The position numbers and the translations under genes were made by a program. A stretch of 64,000 bases of DNA. Source: Vicinamibacterales bacterium. GTDB taxonomy: Bacteria; Acidobacteriota; Vicinamibacteria; Vicinamibacterales; UBA2999. Shown here one piece after another: positions 10,240-17,985 of this stretch; position 1 is the first letter of the stretch, and the number at the start of each line of letters is the position of its first letter. The notes beneath the pieces were generated by a model that was not told where the DNA came from, ran no database searches, and saw only the letters and a program-made list of their open reading frames with translations. The stretch is taken from assembly GCA_040081715.1 (NCBI GenBank), contig JBEBFY010000005.1, forward strand, positions 124,438 through 188,437. The letters are read 5' to 3'.

Positions 10240-10376
10240 GCCGCTGCGCGCCAGGGTTCGGCGCGTGCCCCCGGCGGGTGGTCCGACTTGAGGCTGGCGT
10301 CCCCGGTACGATGTCGTGTAGCGTGTGGGCGCCGCGCCTGCTCGGAGCGTGCGGCCGTCCTTGGAGATCCTCGCTG

Positions 10377-11228
10377 ATGAAACGTGCCCTGCTCGCTCTT
10401 GTGCTTGGTGTGACCTGCGTTTCCGGGCTCGGTGGCGCCTGGTCCCGCGTGCTGGTTGCCCAGCCCCGCCCGCGTCTGAATCCCATGATTGCCGCGCTGG
10501 CCGGCGGTGGCGTCGCCCTCAGCGGCCGCGACTGGCAGTTCATCGACCTTGAACACAATCCCCTCGACCTCACCAAGCTGGACCAGACCATCGCGGACCT
10601 GACGAAGAACCATCGCCCGGATGGCACGGTCGACCTCAAGATGGCGCCGCTGGTCCGCATTCCCATGGACGGCGACGAGAGCTTCAAGTGGGTGGTGAAG
10701 CAGATCCTCGAGATTGGCGCCATGGGCGTCGTGTTTCCGAGGGTGGAGACCAAGGCGCAGGCCGAGCTGGCCGTGCGCACGCACCGGTTCAAGCCGCAGA
10801 AGGGCGCGAAGTACCCGACCCCTCCGGGTCTTCGCCACGTCACACCCTCAAAGGCAGCCCGGCGCTGGGGGCTCAGCATCGACGACTACATCGACAAGGC
10901 CGCCGATGTCTGGCCGCTCAACCCGGACGGTGAGCTCTTCAACATGATCATGATCGAGTCGGCCGAGGGGATGAACAACATCAATGAGATTCTCGACGTG
11001 CCAGGGATCGGGGCCATTTTCATCGGGCCCAACGATTTCAGCATGTCGCTCGGCAACGGCCGCTGGGCACCGAAGCATCCGGAGGATACGGAGAAGGGGT
11101 TCCAGCGGATTCTGCTGGCCTGCAAGGCCAAGAAGGTGATCTGCGGGATGCAGGTGGACGGCGGGCAGCCGGCTATCGACGAGCGGATCAAGCAGGGATG
11201 GCGCGTGATTCTCGGAGGCGGGAACTGA
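10377..11228 (+). CDS. HpcH/HpaI-family aldolase (2-keto-3-deoxy-acid aldolase/citrate-lyase-beta fold) with an N-terminal signal-like segment
   Basis: Trimmed to the ATG at 10377 (MKRALLALVLGVTCVSGLGGAWS). Family motifs: WQFIDLEHNPLD, PLVRIPMDGDESFKWVVKQILEIGAMGVVFPRVET and NMIMIESAEGMNNINEILDVPGIGAIFIGPNDFSMSLG. Confidence 0.7.
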   Translation: MKRALLALVLGVTCVSGLGGAWSRVLVAQPRPRLNPMIAALAGGGVALSGRDWQFIDLEHNPLDLTKLDQTIADLTKNHRPDGTVDLKMAPLVRIPMDGDESFKWVVKQILEIGAMGVVFPRVETKAQAELAVRTHRFKPQKGAKYPTPPGLRHVTPSKAARRWGLSIDDYIDKAADVWPLNPDGELFNMIMIESAEGMNNINEILDVPGIGAIFIGPNDFSMSLGNGRWAPKHPEDTEKGFQRILLACKAKKVICGMQVDGGQPAIDERIKQGWRVILGGGN

Positions 11229-11251
11229 CCCGCCGCAGCAGGAGGATGGGC

Positions 11252-12652
11252 ATGAAGGGAACGATGATGCGCGCGGTGATGGCCGTGGCACTTCTGGCTG
11301 GCGCGGGCGCGCTGGCCCTGACCCCGGTTTCGGCCCAGCAGGCGCCAGCCAAGGCCGAGTGGGACGGCATCTACACCGACGCCCAGGCGACGCGTGGCGC
11401 GGCTGTGTATCAGCAGCACTGTGTGTTCTGCCACGGCAAGGACCTGGCCGGTGGGAACCTGGCCCCTGCCGCTGGCGGGCCGGCCTTTGTGACGAAGTGG
11501 CAGAGCCGTCCGCTGCGCGAGCTCTTTGGGTACGTGCAGGCGCGGATGCCCTACCACAGCCCGAATCGCCTCACACGTGCGCAGAACGCGGATGTGATCG
11601 CCTACATGCTGCGGTCCAGCAAAGTGCCCGCCGGGGCGAAGGAGTTCGCGGGGGACCTCTCGCTCAAGGGCGACCCGAAGCGCGGCGAGGCGTTCTACAC
11701 CGAGGCGCAGGCGGAGCGGGGCCGCCAGGCCTTCAACCGCAACTGCGGCCTGTGCCACAACACCAACGATGCGAAGCTGACGCAGAAGCAGGTGGATGAG
11801 GCGCCGCTACCGAGCTCCTTCGCGGCACCGTTCCTGGCGCGTGTGTACTACGGCAAGATGCTCTATCCGACCGTCTATCACATCTACACCAAGTTGCAGA
11901 GCATGCCGGCCTTCGGCAACGAGTCGATCACCAACAACACGCGCGCCGACATCATCGCGCACATCCTTGACCGCAACGGCTTTCCGGCCGGCAACATCGA
12001 ACTCAGGCCCGATGTGGAGCTGATGGGGCAGATGATGCTGAACGAGCCCGGGTTCGAGCATGTCTTCAACGGGAAGGACTTCACAAACATCAAGTTCGTC
12101 ATGGGCACCCGCTGCGGTCCCGATCCGGGTGGATGTGCCCAGACCGAACCGGGGGACACCCTGCAGGTGATGCCGGGCGGCAAGATGTACTGCAAGTGCG
12201 ACCTGCACGGCTACTGGTACTACGCCGCGAAGAAGTTCCTGAACTTCACGGTGCGGTTCCAGCACAAGTTCGTGAAGCCCGAGGGCTGGGTGGGGGATGA
12301 GGACATCTACATGGGCGGCGGCGGCTGGCTGATGTTCATCCAGGACACGAACATGGCGGGCTTCGGCAAGAGCATTGAGATTGAAGGCCGCGTCCGCGAC
12401 ATGGCCGACATCTTCTTCCTCGGCGGCGGCAAGGGGAAGTTCACTTACGACAACGCGGCCAAGACCAAGGTGGTCAGGCCGTTCGACTGGAACGACATCG
12501 AAATCGTGTCGAAGGACGGCCAGGTGAAAACCTACGTCAACGGCGTCCTCAGCTCGACGATTACCGAACATGACTACCCGGCGGGGTTCTTCGGCATGCA
12601 GGTCGAAGGGTCCCCGACCGAGTGGCGGAACATCCGCATCCGGCCTGAGTAG
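11252..12652 (+). CDS. di-haem cytochrome c fused to a DUF1080 domain (paralog of 9130-10239)
   Basis: GGAGG at 11241-11245 precedes the ATG at 11252; ATG 11246 is an alternative start. Signal peptide MMRAVMAVALLAGAGALALTPVSAQQ. Two CxxCH motifs (HCVFCHGKD, NCGLCHNTN). DUF1080 region runs from FEHVFNGKDFTNIKF to GFFGMQVEGSPTEWRNIRIRPE. Confidence 0.75.
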   Translation: MKGTMMRAVMAVALLAGAGALALTPVSAQQAPAKAEWDGIYTDAQATRGAAVYQQHCVFCHGKDLAGGNLAPAAGGPAFVTKWQSRPLRELFGYVQARMPYHSPNRLTRAQNADVIAYMLRSSKVPAGAKEFAGDLSLKGDPKRGEAFYTEAQAERGRQAFNRNCGLCHNTNDAKLTQKQVDEAPLPSSFAAPFLARVYYGKMLYPTVYHIYTKLQSMPAFGNESITNNTRADIIAHILDRNGFPAGNIELRPDVELMGQMMLNEPGFEHVFNGKDFTNIKFVMGTRCGPDPGGCAQTEPGDTLQVMPGGKMYCKCDLHGYWYYAAKKFLNFTVRFQHKFVKPEGWVGDEDIYMGGGGWLMFIQDTNMAGFGKSIEIEGRVRDMADIFFLGGGKGKFTYDNAAKTKVVRPFDWNDIEIVSKDGQVKTYVNGVLSSTITEHDYPAGFFGMQVEGSPTEWRNIRIRPE

Positions 12653-12717
12653 CCTGCGCGGAACGGGCGTCTGCGGATATCGGCCCTGGTCGTGCCGACC
12701 CGGGCACTGGAGGAGCG

Positions 12718-13290
12718 ATGAAGGGATACGCGAAAGTGTTGGCCGGTGCGGCGGTGGGCTGCGTGGTGGGCGCGTTGGTGACGGTGCAGGTGGTGAAGGG
12801 GCAGGCGAAGCAGGCGCCTACGCCGGTGGAAGGCAAGCTCTCGCACATTTCGTTTGCCGTGGCCGACGCAGAGAAGACCGCCATGGCGTTCGGGAAGGTG
12901 TTCGGCGTGCCAGTCCCGAAGCCGAGGGACTTCCGCGACATCCCGTGGGGACCGCGGTTCCCGGGGAAGGTGATGAACGGACGGCTGGTGTCGCTGATGA
13001 TCAATGGTGTCAGCTTCGAGTTCCTGCAGCCGCTCGACGGCGAGAGCCCGTGGCGGGACTATGTGAAGAACGGCGGTGACGGCGTGCACCACATCGGGTT
13101 CAACGTCCAGGATGTGACCAAGGCACGGGAGTATCTGGAGTCGAAGGGTGGCAAGCAGACGCAGGCGTTTGCCGAGTGGGCCAGCTATGTCGACATGCAC
13201 GGCGCCGGCCTGCCGATTACCTTCGAGGTGACGCCCCTCGTGATGCCGGCCAACGCCGTCCCGGCCGCGAACGCGAAGGACCGCAAGTAG
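12718..13290 (+). CDS. VOC superfamily protein with an N-terminal hydrophobic anchor or signal
   Basis: AGAAVGCVVGALVTVQVV followed by LSHISFAVADAEKTAMAFGKVFG ... FEFLQPLDGESPWRDYVKNGGDGVHHIGFNVQDVTKAREYLESKG, which is methylmalonyl-CoA-epimerase-like VOC. Confidence 0.65.
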   Translation: MKGYAKVLAGAAVGCVVGALVTVQVVKGQAKQAPTPVEGKLSHISFAVADAEKTAMAFGKVFGVPVPKPRDFRDIPWGPRFPGKVMNGRLVSLMINGVSFEFLQPLDGESPWRDYVKNGGDGVHHIGFNVQDVTKAREYLESKGGKQTQAFAEWASYVDMHGAGLPITFEVTPLVMPANAVPAANAKDRK

Positions 13291-13301
13291 CTCCCGTCCC
13301 C

Positions 13302-14591
13302 GTGGAGACCCTCGATCCAGCCGCCCGGCGCAGCCAGCTGCGCCGGGCGATTGTCGCCTCGGCCGTCGGCACCTCGATCGAGTGGTACGACTTCTACCTG
13401 TACGGCACGGCGGCGGCGCTGGTCTTTCCGCAGAAGTTCTTCCCGGCGTCCGACCCGTTCATGGGGACGCTGCTGTCCTATTCCACGTACTTCGTCGGGT
13501 TCGTGTCGCGCCCCCTCGGGGCGGCCATTTTCGGGTACTTCGGCGACCGGCTCGGCCGGAAGGTGTCGCTTATCGCCACCTTGATGCTGATGGGCGTCGC
13601 CACGGCCGGCATCGGGCTGGTGCCCGGCTACGACCAGATCGGGATGTGGGGCGCGGTCCTGCTGACCTTCGGCCGGATGCTGCAGGGCATCGGCGTGGGC
13701 GGGGAGTGGGGCGGGTCGGTGCTCCTGGCCGCCGAATGGAGCGAAAAGCGGCACCGGGGCTTCGTGACGAGCTGGCCCCACATCGGGGCGCCGGTCGGCC
13801 TGGTGCTTGCCAACGGGGCCTTCGCGCTGGCCTCGGCGTACACCACCAACGAACAGTTCCTTGACTGGGCGTGGCGCATCCCGTTTCTCGCGAGCGTCGT
13901 GCTGATCGCCATCGGCCTCTACATCCGCACCGGCGTGAAGGAGACCCCGGCCTTCCAGAAGATGAAGAGCGAGGGTCAGCTCTCGAAGGCGCCGGTCTCC
14001 GAGACGGTGAAGGGGCATTGGCGGCCCGTGCTGCTGGTCATGTTCCTGCGAACCAGTCAGCAGACGGCCTTCTTCATTTTCACCAACTACATCCTGGCCT
14101 ACGGGACGACGGCCCTCGGGATGGCGCGCGGCACTATTCTCGGCTACGTGAGCGGCGCAGCCGTATTGTCGATCTTCACCGTGCCGTTTTTCGGCTGGCT
14201 GTCGGACCGCATCGGGCGCCGGCGGCTCACGACGATCGCGTGTGTCGTCATGCTCGTGTTCCCGTTTGTCTGGTTCGGGTTGCTCGACACGAAGTCGGCG
14301 GGCCTCGTGTTCCTGGCGATTCTGCTGTCGATGCCGGTGCATGACATGCAGTACGGACCGCAGGCGGCGCTGATTGCGGAAAGCTTCCCGAGCCACGTGC
14401 GCTACACGGGTGCATCGCTCGGCTACCAGCTCTCATCGATTACGGCCGGTGGCCCCGCCCCCCTCGTGGCGCTCTATCTCTACCAGACGTTCGGGTCGTC
14501 CACGCCGATTGCCATCTACCTGATGATCTGCTCGGTCATCAGCCTCGTCTGCGTCAGGCTGCTGCCATCAGGCCAGTACGACGAGCTGTAG
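13302..14591 (+). CDS. MFS transporter, metabolite:H+ symporter (MHS) type
   Basis: In-frame GTG at 13302, just after the upstream stop codon. AIVASAVGTSIEWYDFYLYGTAAALVFPQKFF and GDRLGRKVSLIATLMLMG are typical of the ProP/KgtP/ShiA-type MHS family. About 12 hydrophobic segments. Confidence 0.75.
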   Translation: METLDPAARRSQLRRAIVASAVGTSIEWYDFYLYGTAAALVFPQKFFPASDPFMGTLLSYSTYFVGFVSRPLGAAIFGYFGDRLGRKVSLIATLMLMGVATAGIGLVPGYDQIGMWGAVLLTFGRMLQGIGVGGEWGGSVLLAAEWSEKRHRGFVTSWPHIGAPVGLVLANGAFALASAYTTNEQFLDWAWRIPFLASVVLIAIGLYIRTGVKETPAFQKMKSEGQLSKAPVSETVKGHWRPVLLVMFLRTSQQTAFFIFTNYILAYGTTALGMARGTILGYVSGAAVLSIFTVPFFGWLSDRIGRRRLTTIACVVMLVFPFVWFGLLDTKSAGLVFLAILLSMPVHDMQYGPQAALIAESFPSHVRYTGASLGYQLSSITAGGPAPLVALYLYQTFGSSTPIAIYLMICSVISLVCVRLLPSGQYDEL

Positions 14592-14595
14592 CGGG

Positions 14596-14952
14596 CTAGC
14601 CCTTCACCACCCAACCCTTCTTCACCAGGTGGGCGCGCACACGCTCACGGAGATCCCCCTGCAGTTCCACGGTGTTCTCCGAGACGGCACCGCCGGTGCC
14701 GCACAGCCGTTTCAGTTCGCTGCAGAGATCCTTCAGGAACGCGGCGTTGCCGGGCAGGTCGAAGACGACCGTGACGGTCTTGCCCCCGCGGCCCGCCTTT
14801 TCCATCCGGAGCTTCGCGACGACCCGGAGCGGCACCGGCTCCGTGCCCGCCCGGCGCGCGCTGCACTGGCAGTTGGTGGCGGGCCAGCCGCATCCCGGAC
14901 AGACGCGGCCCATGTCCGACGTGTACACGAGGCGGCTGTTTGGCCGGGTCAT
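14596..14952 (-). CDS. yciH: SUI1/YciH-family translation initiation factor
   Basis: 118 aa. N-terminal Cys cluster CPGCGWPATNCQC, then RMEKAGRGGKTVTVVFDL...LCSELKRLCGTGGAV...VELQGDLRERVRAHLVKKGWVVKG. Confidence 0.8.
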   Translation of the reverse strand: MTRPNSRLVYTSDMGRVCPGCGWPATNCQCSARRAGTEPVPLRVVAKLRMEKAGRGGKTVTVVFDLPGNAAFLKDLCSELKRLCGTGGAVSENTVELQGDLRERVRAHLVKKGWVVKG

Positions 14953-15087
14953 CAGACGATCATAGGTCCGCTCGTTCCACGTCCGGCAGGGCCGCGTCCC
15001 AGTCGACGATTTCGTGCGGGGTCTGAGCGGATCCGACTAGAATCCGCCCAGCCCGCCGTGGCCTCGCGCCTGGCGGAAGGAGGACAC

Positions 15088-16431
15088 GTGCGGAAGGCCG
15101 TCTTGAGCGCCGTCTTGAACGCCGTAGTGCTGCTGGTGGCTGCCTCGTCGATGCTGCATGCGGAGGACTGGCCCGAGTATCGCGGCGCCGGCCGGACGGG
15201 CATCTGGAAGGAGATCGGCATCGTCGACACGTTTCCGGCCGATGGCCTGAAGGTGCTCTGGCGCACGCCGGTCAATCGCGGCTTCAGCGGACCGTCGGTC
15301 TCGGCGGGACGCGTGTTCCTGACGGACTTCATCGAGGAGAAGGGGCCGAAGGGGACCGAGCGCGCCCTGGCCCTCGACGAGAAGACCGGGAAGATCCTGT
15401 GGACCTACGAGTGGCCGGCCGACTACGGCGGGATTCTGTGGCCAGTCGGGCCGCGTGCGACGCCGACCGTTGACGGGGACCGTGTCTACATCCTCGGGGT
15501 CAACGGCAAGCTCTTCTGCCTGAAGGCGGCCACCGGCCAGATCGTGTGGAAGAAGGACTACGTGGCCGACCTCGGTGCGGACCCGCGCACCTGGGCGTTC
15601 AACTACGGCTACACCGGCGCGCCGCTGGTGGACGGCAACAATCTGATCTGCATGGTCGGCGGCCAGCCGGATGCAAAGGTCGTGGCCCTCGACAAGTTCA
15701 CCGGCCAGGTGATCTGGAAGGCACTCTCCATGGAGACGGAGCTGGGCGCGGCACAGCCGATGATGATCACCGAGGGCGGCGTGAAGCAGCTCATCGTGTG
15801 GTACCCGGGCGCCGTGGCGTCGCTGAACCCCGAGACCGGGAAGTCTCGATGGGAAGCCCCGTGGCGCGTCGGCGGGAGCGCGTCCGCGTCCATGCCATTC
15901 AAGAACGGGGCGAACCTGTTCTTCACGACCTTCTACGACGGCGGCCTGATGCTGAACCTGGATCAGAAGAAGCCGGGCGCCACGATGATGTGGAAGGGCA
16001 AGAGCAACAACGAGCTCCAGACCGATGGCCTCCACTCCACGCTCTCAGGCCCGGTGATCGTCAACGGCCACATCTACGGCATCTGCAGCTACGGGCAGTT
16101 TCGCTGCATGCGTGTGAAGGATGGCGAGCGGCTGTGGGAAACGCAGGCCGTCACCAAGGAGCGCGCGCGCTGGGCGACGGGCCACATCGTGGTGAACGGC
16201 GACCGGCTCTTCATCAATAACGACCGGGGCGAGTTGATCATGGTGCAGCCCGACCCGGCTGGCTACAAGGAGATCAGCCGCACCGCGCTCATCAAGCCGA
16301 CGTCGCCTCCGGGCAACCGCCGGCAGTTAGTGAATGTGAACTGGTCGCACCCGGCCTACGCGAACAGGCACATCTACGCGAGAAACGACGAAGAGGTCAT
16401 CGCGGCCTCGCTCGCGAAGGACGGCAAGTGA
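15088..16431 (+). CDS. exported PQQ-like (BamB-type) beta-propeller repeat protein
   Basis: In-frame GTG at 15088 preceded by GGAGGA. Signal peptide (AVLNAVVLLVAASSMLHA), then EDWPEYRGAGRTGIWKE and repeated propeller blades (GRVFLTD, GDRVYILGVNGKLFCLKAATGQIVWK, GHIYGICSYGQFRCMRVKDGERLWE). Confidence 0.65.
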   Translation: MRKAVLSAVLNAVVLLVAASSMLHAEDWPEYRGAGRTGIWKEIGIVDTFPADGLKVLWRTPVNRGFSGPSVSAGRVFLTDFIEEKGPKGTERALALDEKTGKILWTYEWPADYGGILWPVGPRATPTVDGDRVYILGVNGKLFCLKAATGQIVWKKDYVADLGADPRTWAFNYGYTGAPLVDGNNLICMVGGQPDAKVVALDKFTGQVIWKALSMETELGAAQPMMITEGGVKQLIVWYPGAVASLNPETGKSRWEAPWRVGGSASASMPFKNGANLFFTTFYDGGLMLNLDQKKPGATMMWKGKSNNELQTDGLHSTLSGPVIVNGHIYGICSYGQFRCMRVKDGERLWETQAVTKERARWATGHIVVNGDRLFINNDRGELIMVQPDPAGYKEISRTALIKPTSPPGNRRQLVNVNWSHPAYANRHIYARNDEEVIAASLAKDGK

Positions 16432-17375
16432 TGCGCGAACGGCGGCTCCCCCTCCTCACGGGTGTCGTGGCTGCTGGCCTGGCGCTGGCCGCCTCGGGCG
16501 TGCTCAGTGCCCAGTCGGCTGTCCCCGCTGTGACGCTGTGGAATCTGAACGCCTACGACATCCTGTATGTGCTCTCCGGCGGCGGCGACAATGCCGTCGC
16601 CCTGATGCGCGACGAAGGGGTGGTGCTCATCGACCCGCTGCCGGCCGGCCTCGGCAAAGCCTCGCTCGAGGCCATCGCGACGGTGTCGGATCAGCCCGTG
16701 CGGACGATCGTCAACCTCCGCAGCGACGCCGCGCACCTGAAGGCGAACCTGGAGTATCCCGATGTGACGAAGGTGGTCGCGCCGAAGCCCGTGGCCGACC
16801 GGGCGGCGAAGCTCGGCGTGTTCACGGGCGCAGCGGCGAAGTTCGCGCCGTCCACCCTCATCACGGACACCCTGACGCTGCTCGACGGCCCCGATGTGAT
16901 GGAGGTGTCGCTCCTGGGTCCCGCCCGGACCGACGGCGACGCGCTCGTCTTCTTTACACAGAAGCGCCTGGCGTACATGGGGGATCTCTTCCCGACGAAG
17001 GCCGTGCCGGTCGTGGAGCCGGCCGCGGGCGGGAGCCTCCTCGGCCTGGTCCAGACCCTGGCGACGGTCCGGGCCAGGGTGACGACGGCCCGGTCGGCCA
17101 TCCCGGGCCGCGAATCACCGCGCGCGGGTGGCGCGGGCGCCCACAAGCCCATGTCCGTCATGCCGATTTCCCTCACCAGCCAGTGGAAGGATGTCGAGGA
17201 ATATGCGGACTTTGTGGCGGCCTTCGTCGCAGGCGGCCAGGCCGCGCAGGCCGCCGGGCGCACGCCGGAACAGGCCGCCGCAGAGCTGATGCTGCCCGCG
17301 CGCTTCAAGGCCTACGACATGACCGGCGCGCCCGGTGCGATGGCAGCGCTCTACGCCGAACTGAAGGCCCGCTGA
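16428..17375 (+). CDS. exported metallo-beta-lactamase-fold-like protein with a degenerate metal-binding motif
   Basis: Signal peptide. MBL-like strands NAVALMRDEGVVLIDP and GPARTDGDALVFFTQKRLAYMGDLF. The position of the canonical HxHxDH motif reads NLRSDAAH. Confidence 0.4.
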   Translation: MMRERRLPLLTGVVAAGLALAASGVLSAQSAVPAVTLWNLNAYDILYVLSGGGDNAVALMRDEGVVLIDPLPAGLGKASLEAIATVSDQPVRTIVNLRSDAAHLKANLEYPDVTKVVAPKPVADRAAKLGVFTGAAAKFAPSTLITDTLTLLDGPDVMEVSLLGPARTDGDALVFFTQKRLAYMGDLFPTKAVPVVEPAAGGSLLGLVQTLATVRARVTTARSAIPGRESPRAGGAGAHKPMSVMPISLTSQWKDVEEYADFVAAFVAGGQAAQAAGRTPEQAAAELMLPARFKAYDMTGAPGAMAALYAELKAR

Positions 17376-17461
17376 GCCCAGCCGGAGCGTATAATCCGGG
17401 CTGATTCCGCACTGCCGGATCCTCGGGCGCTACCCGGGTCCGCTTTCTCAATAGAGGTTCT

Positions 17462-17977
17462 ATGCCGAGCTACTCCCTGACCGTGAACGGGAAGTCCCAC
17501 ACGGTGAACGCCGCAGCGGACACCCCGCTGATCTATGTGCTGCGCAACGACCTGAACCTGATGGCCACGCGTCTCGGCTGCGGGATGTCGCAGTGCGGTG
17601 CGTGCGCCGTGCTGGCCGACGGCAAGGAGATCCGCTCCTGCACCACGACGGTGTCCCGCATCGGGAACAAGAAGATTCACACCATCGAGGGCCTGCCGGG
17701 CCTCTGGGCCGCGAAGTCTGGCAAGGCCCTCACACCGGAGATGGTGCACCCGGTGCAGCAGGCGTGGATCGATGAGCAGGTGCCGCAGTGCGGGTACTGC
17801 CAGAGCGGCATGATGGTGGCCGCGGTGGACCTCCTGGACAGGACACCACAGCCGACCGTGCAGCAGATTCGGAATCACTTCACCAACACGGCACCCTCGC
17901 CGCACCTGTGCCGCTGCGGCACCTATACAGGCATCATGGCCGCTGTGCAGCGCGCGTCCAAGTCGATCGCCGGTTAA
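17462..17977 (+). CDS. (2Fe-2S)-binding small subunit of an IorAB/aldehyde-oxidoreductase-type molybdoenzyme
   Basis: Contains GCGMSQCGACAV and CGYCQSGMMV, the two [2Fe-2S] cluster motifs. 171 aa. Confidence 0.85.
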   Translation: MPSYSLTVNGKSHTVNAAADTPLIYVLRNDLNLMATRLGCGMSQCGACAVLADGKEIRSCTTTVSRIGNKKIHTIEGLPGLWAAKSGKALTPEMVHPVQQAWIDEQVPQCGYCQSGMMVAAVDLLDRTPQPTVQQIRNHFTNTAPSPHLCRCGTYTGIMAAVQRASKSIAG

Positions 17978-17985
17978 GGGAGGAC

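Noticed and set aside
17390-17395. A perfect TATAAT hexamer 67 nt upstream of the 2Fe-2S subunit gene.
   Set aside because: A single hexamer without a convincing -35 element (CTGAGC at the expected spacing) is too weak to call a promoter.
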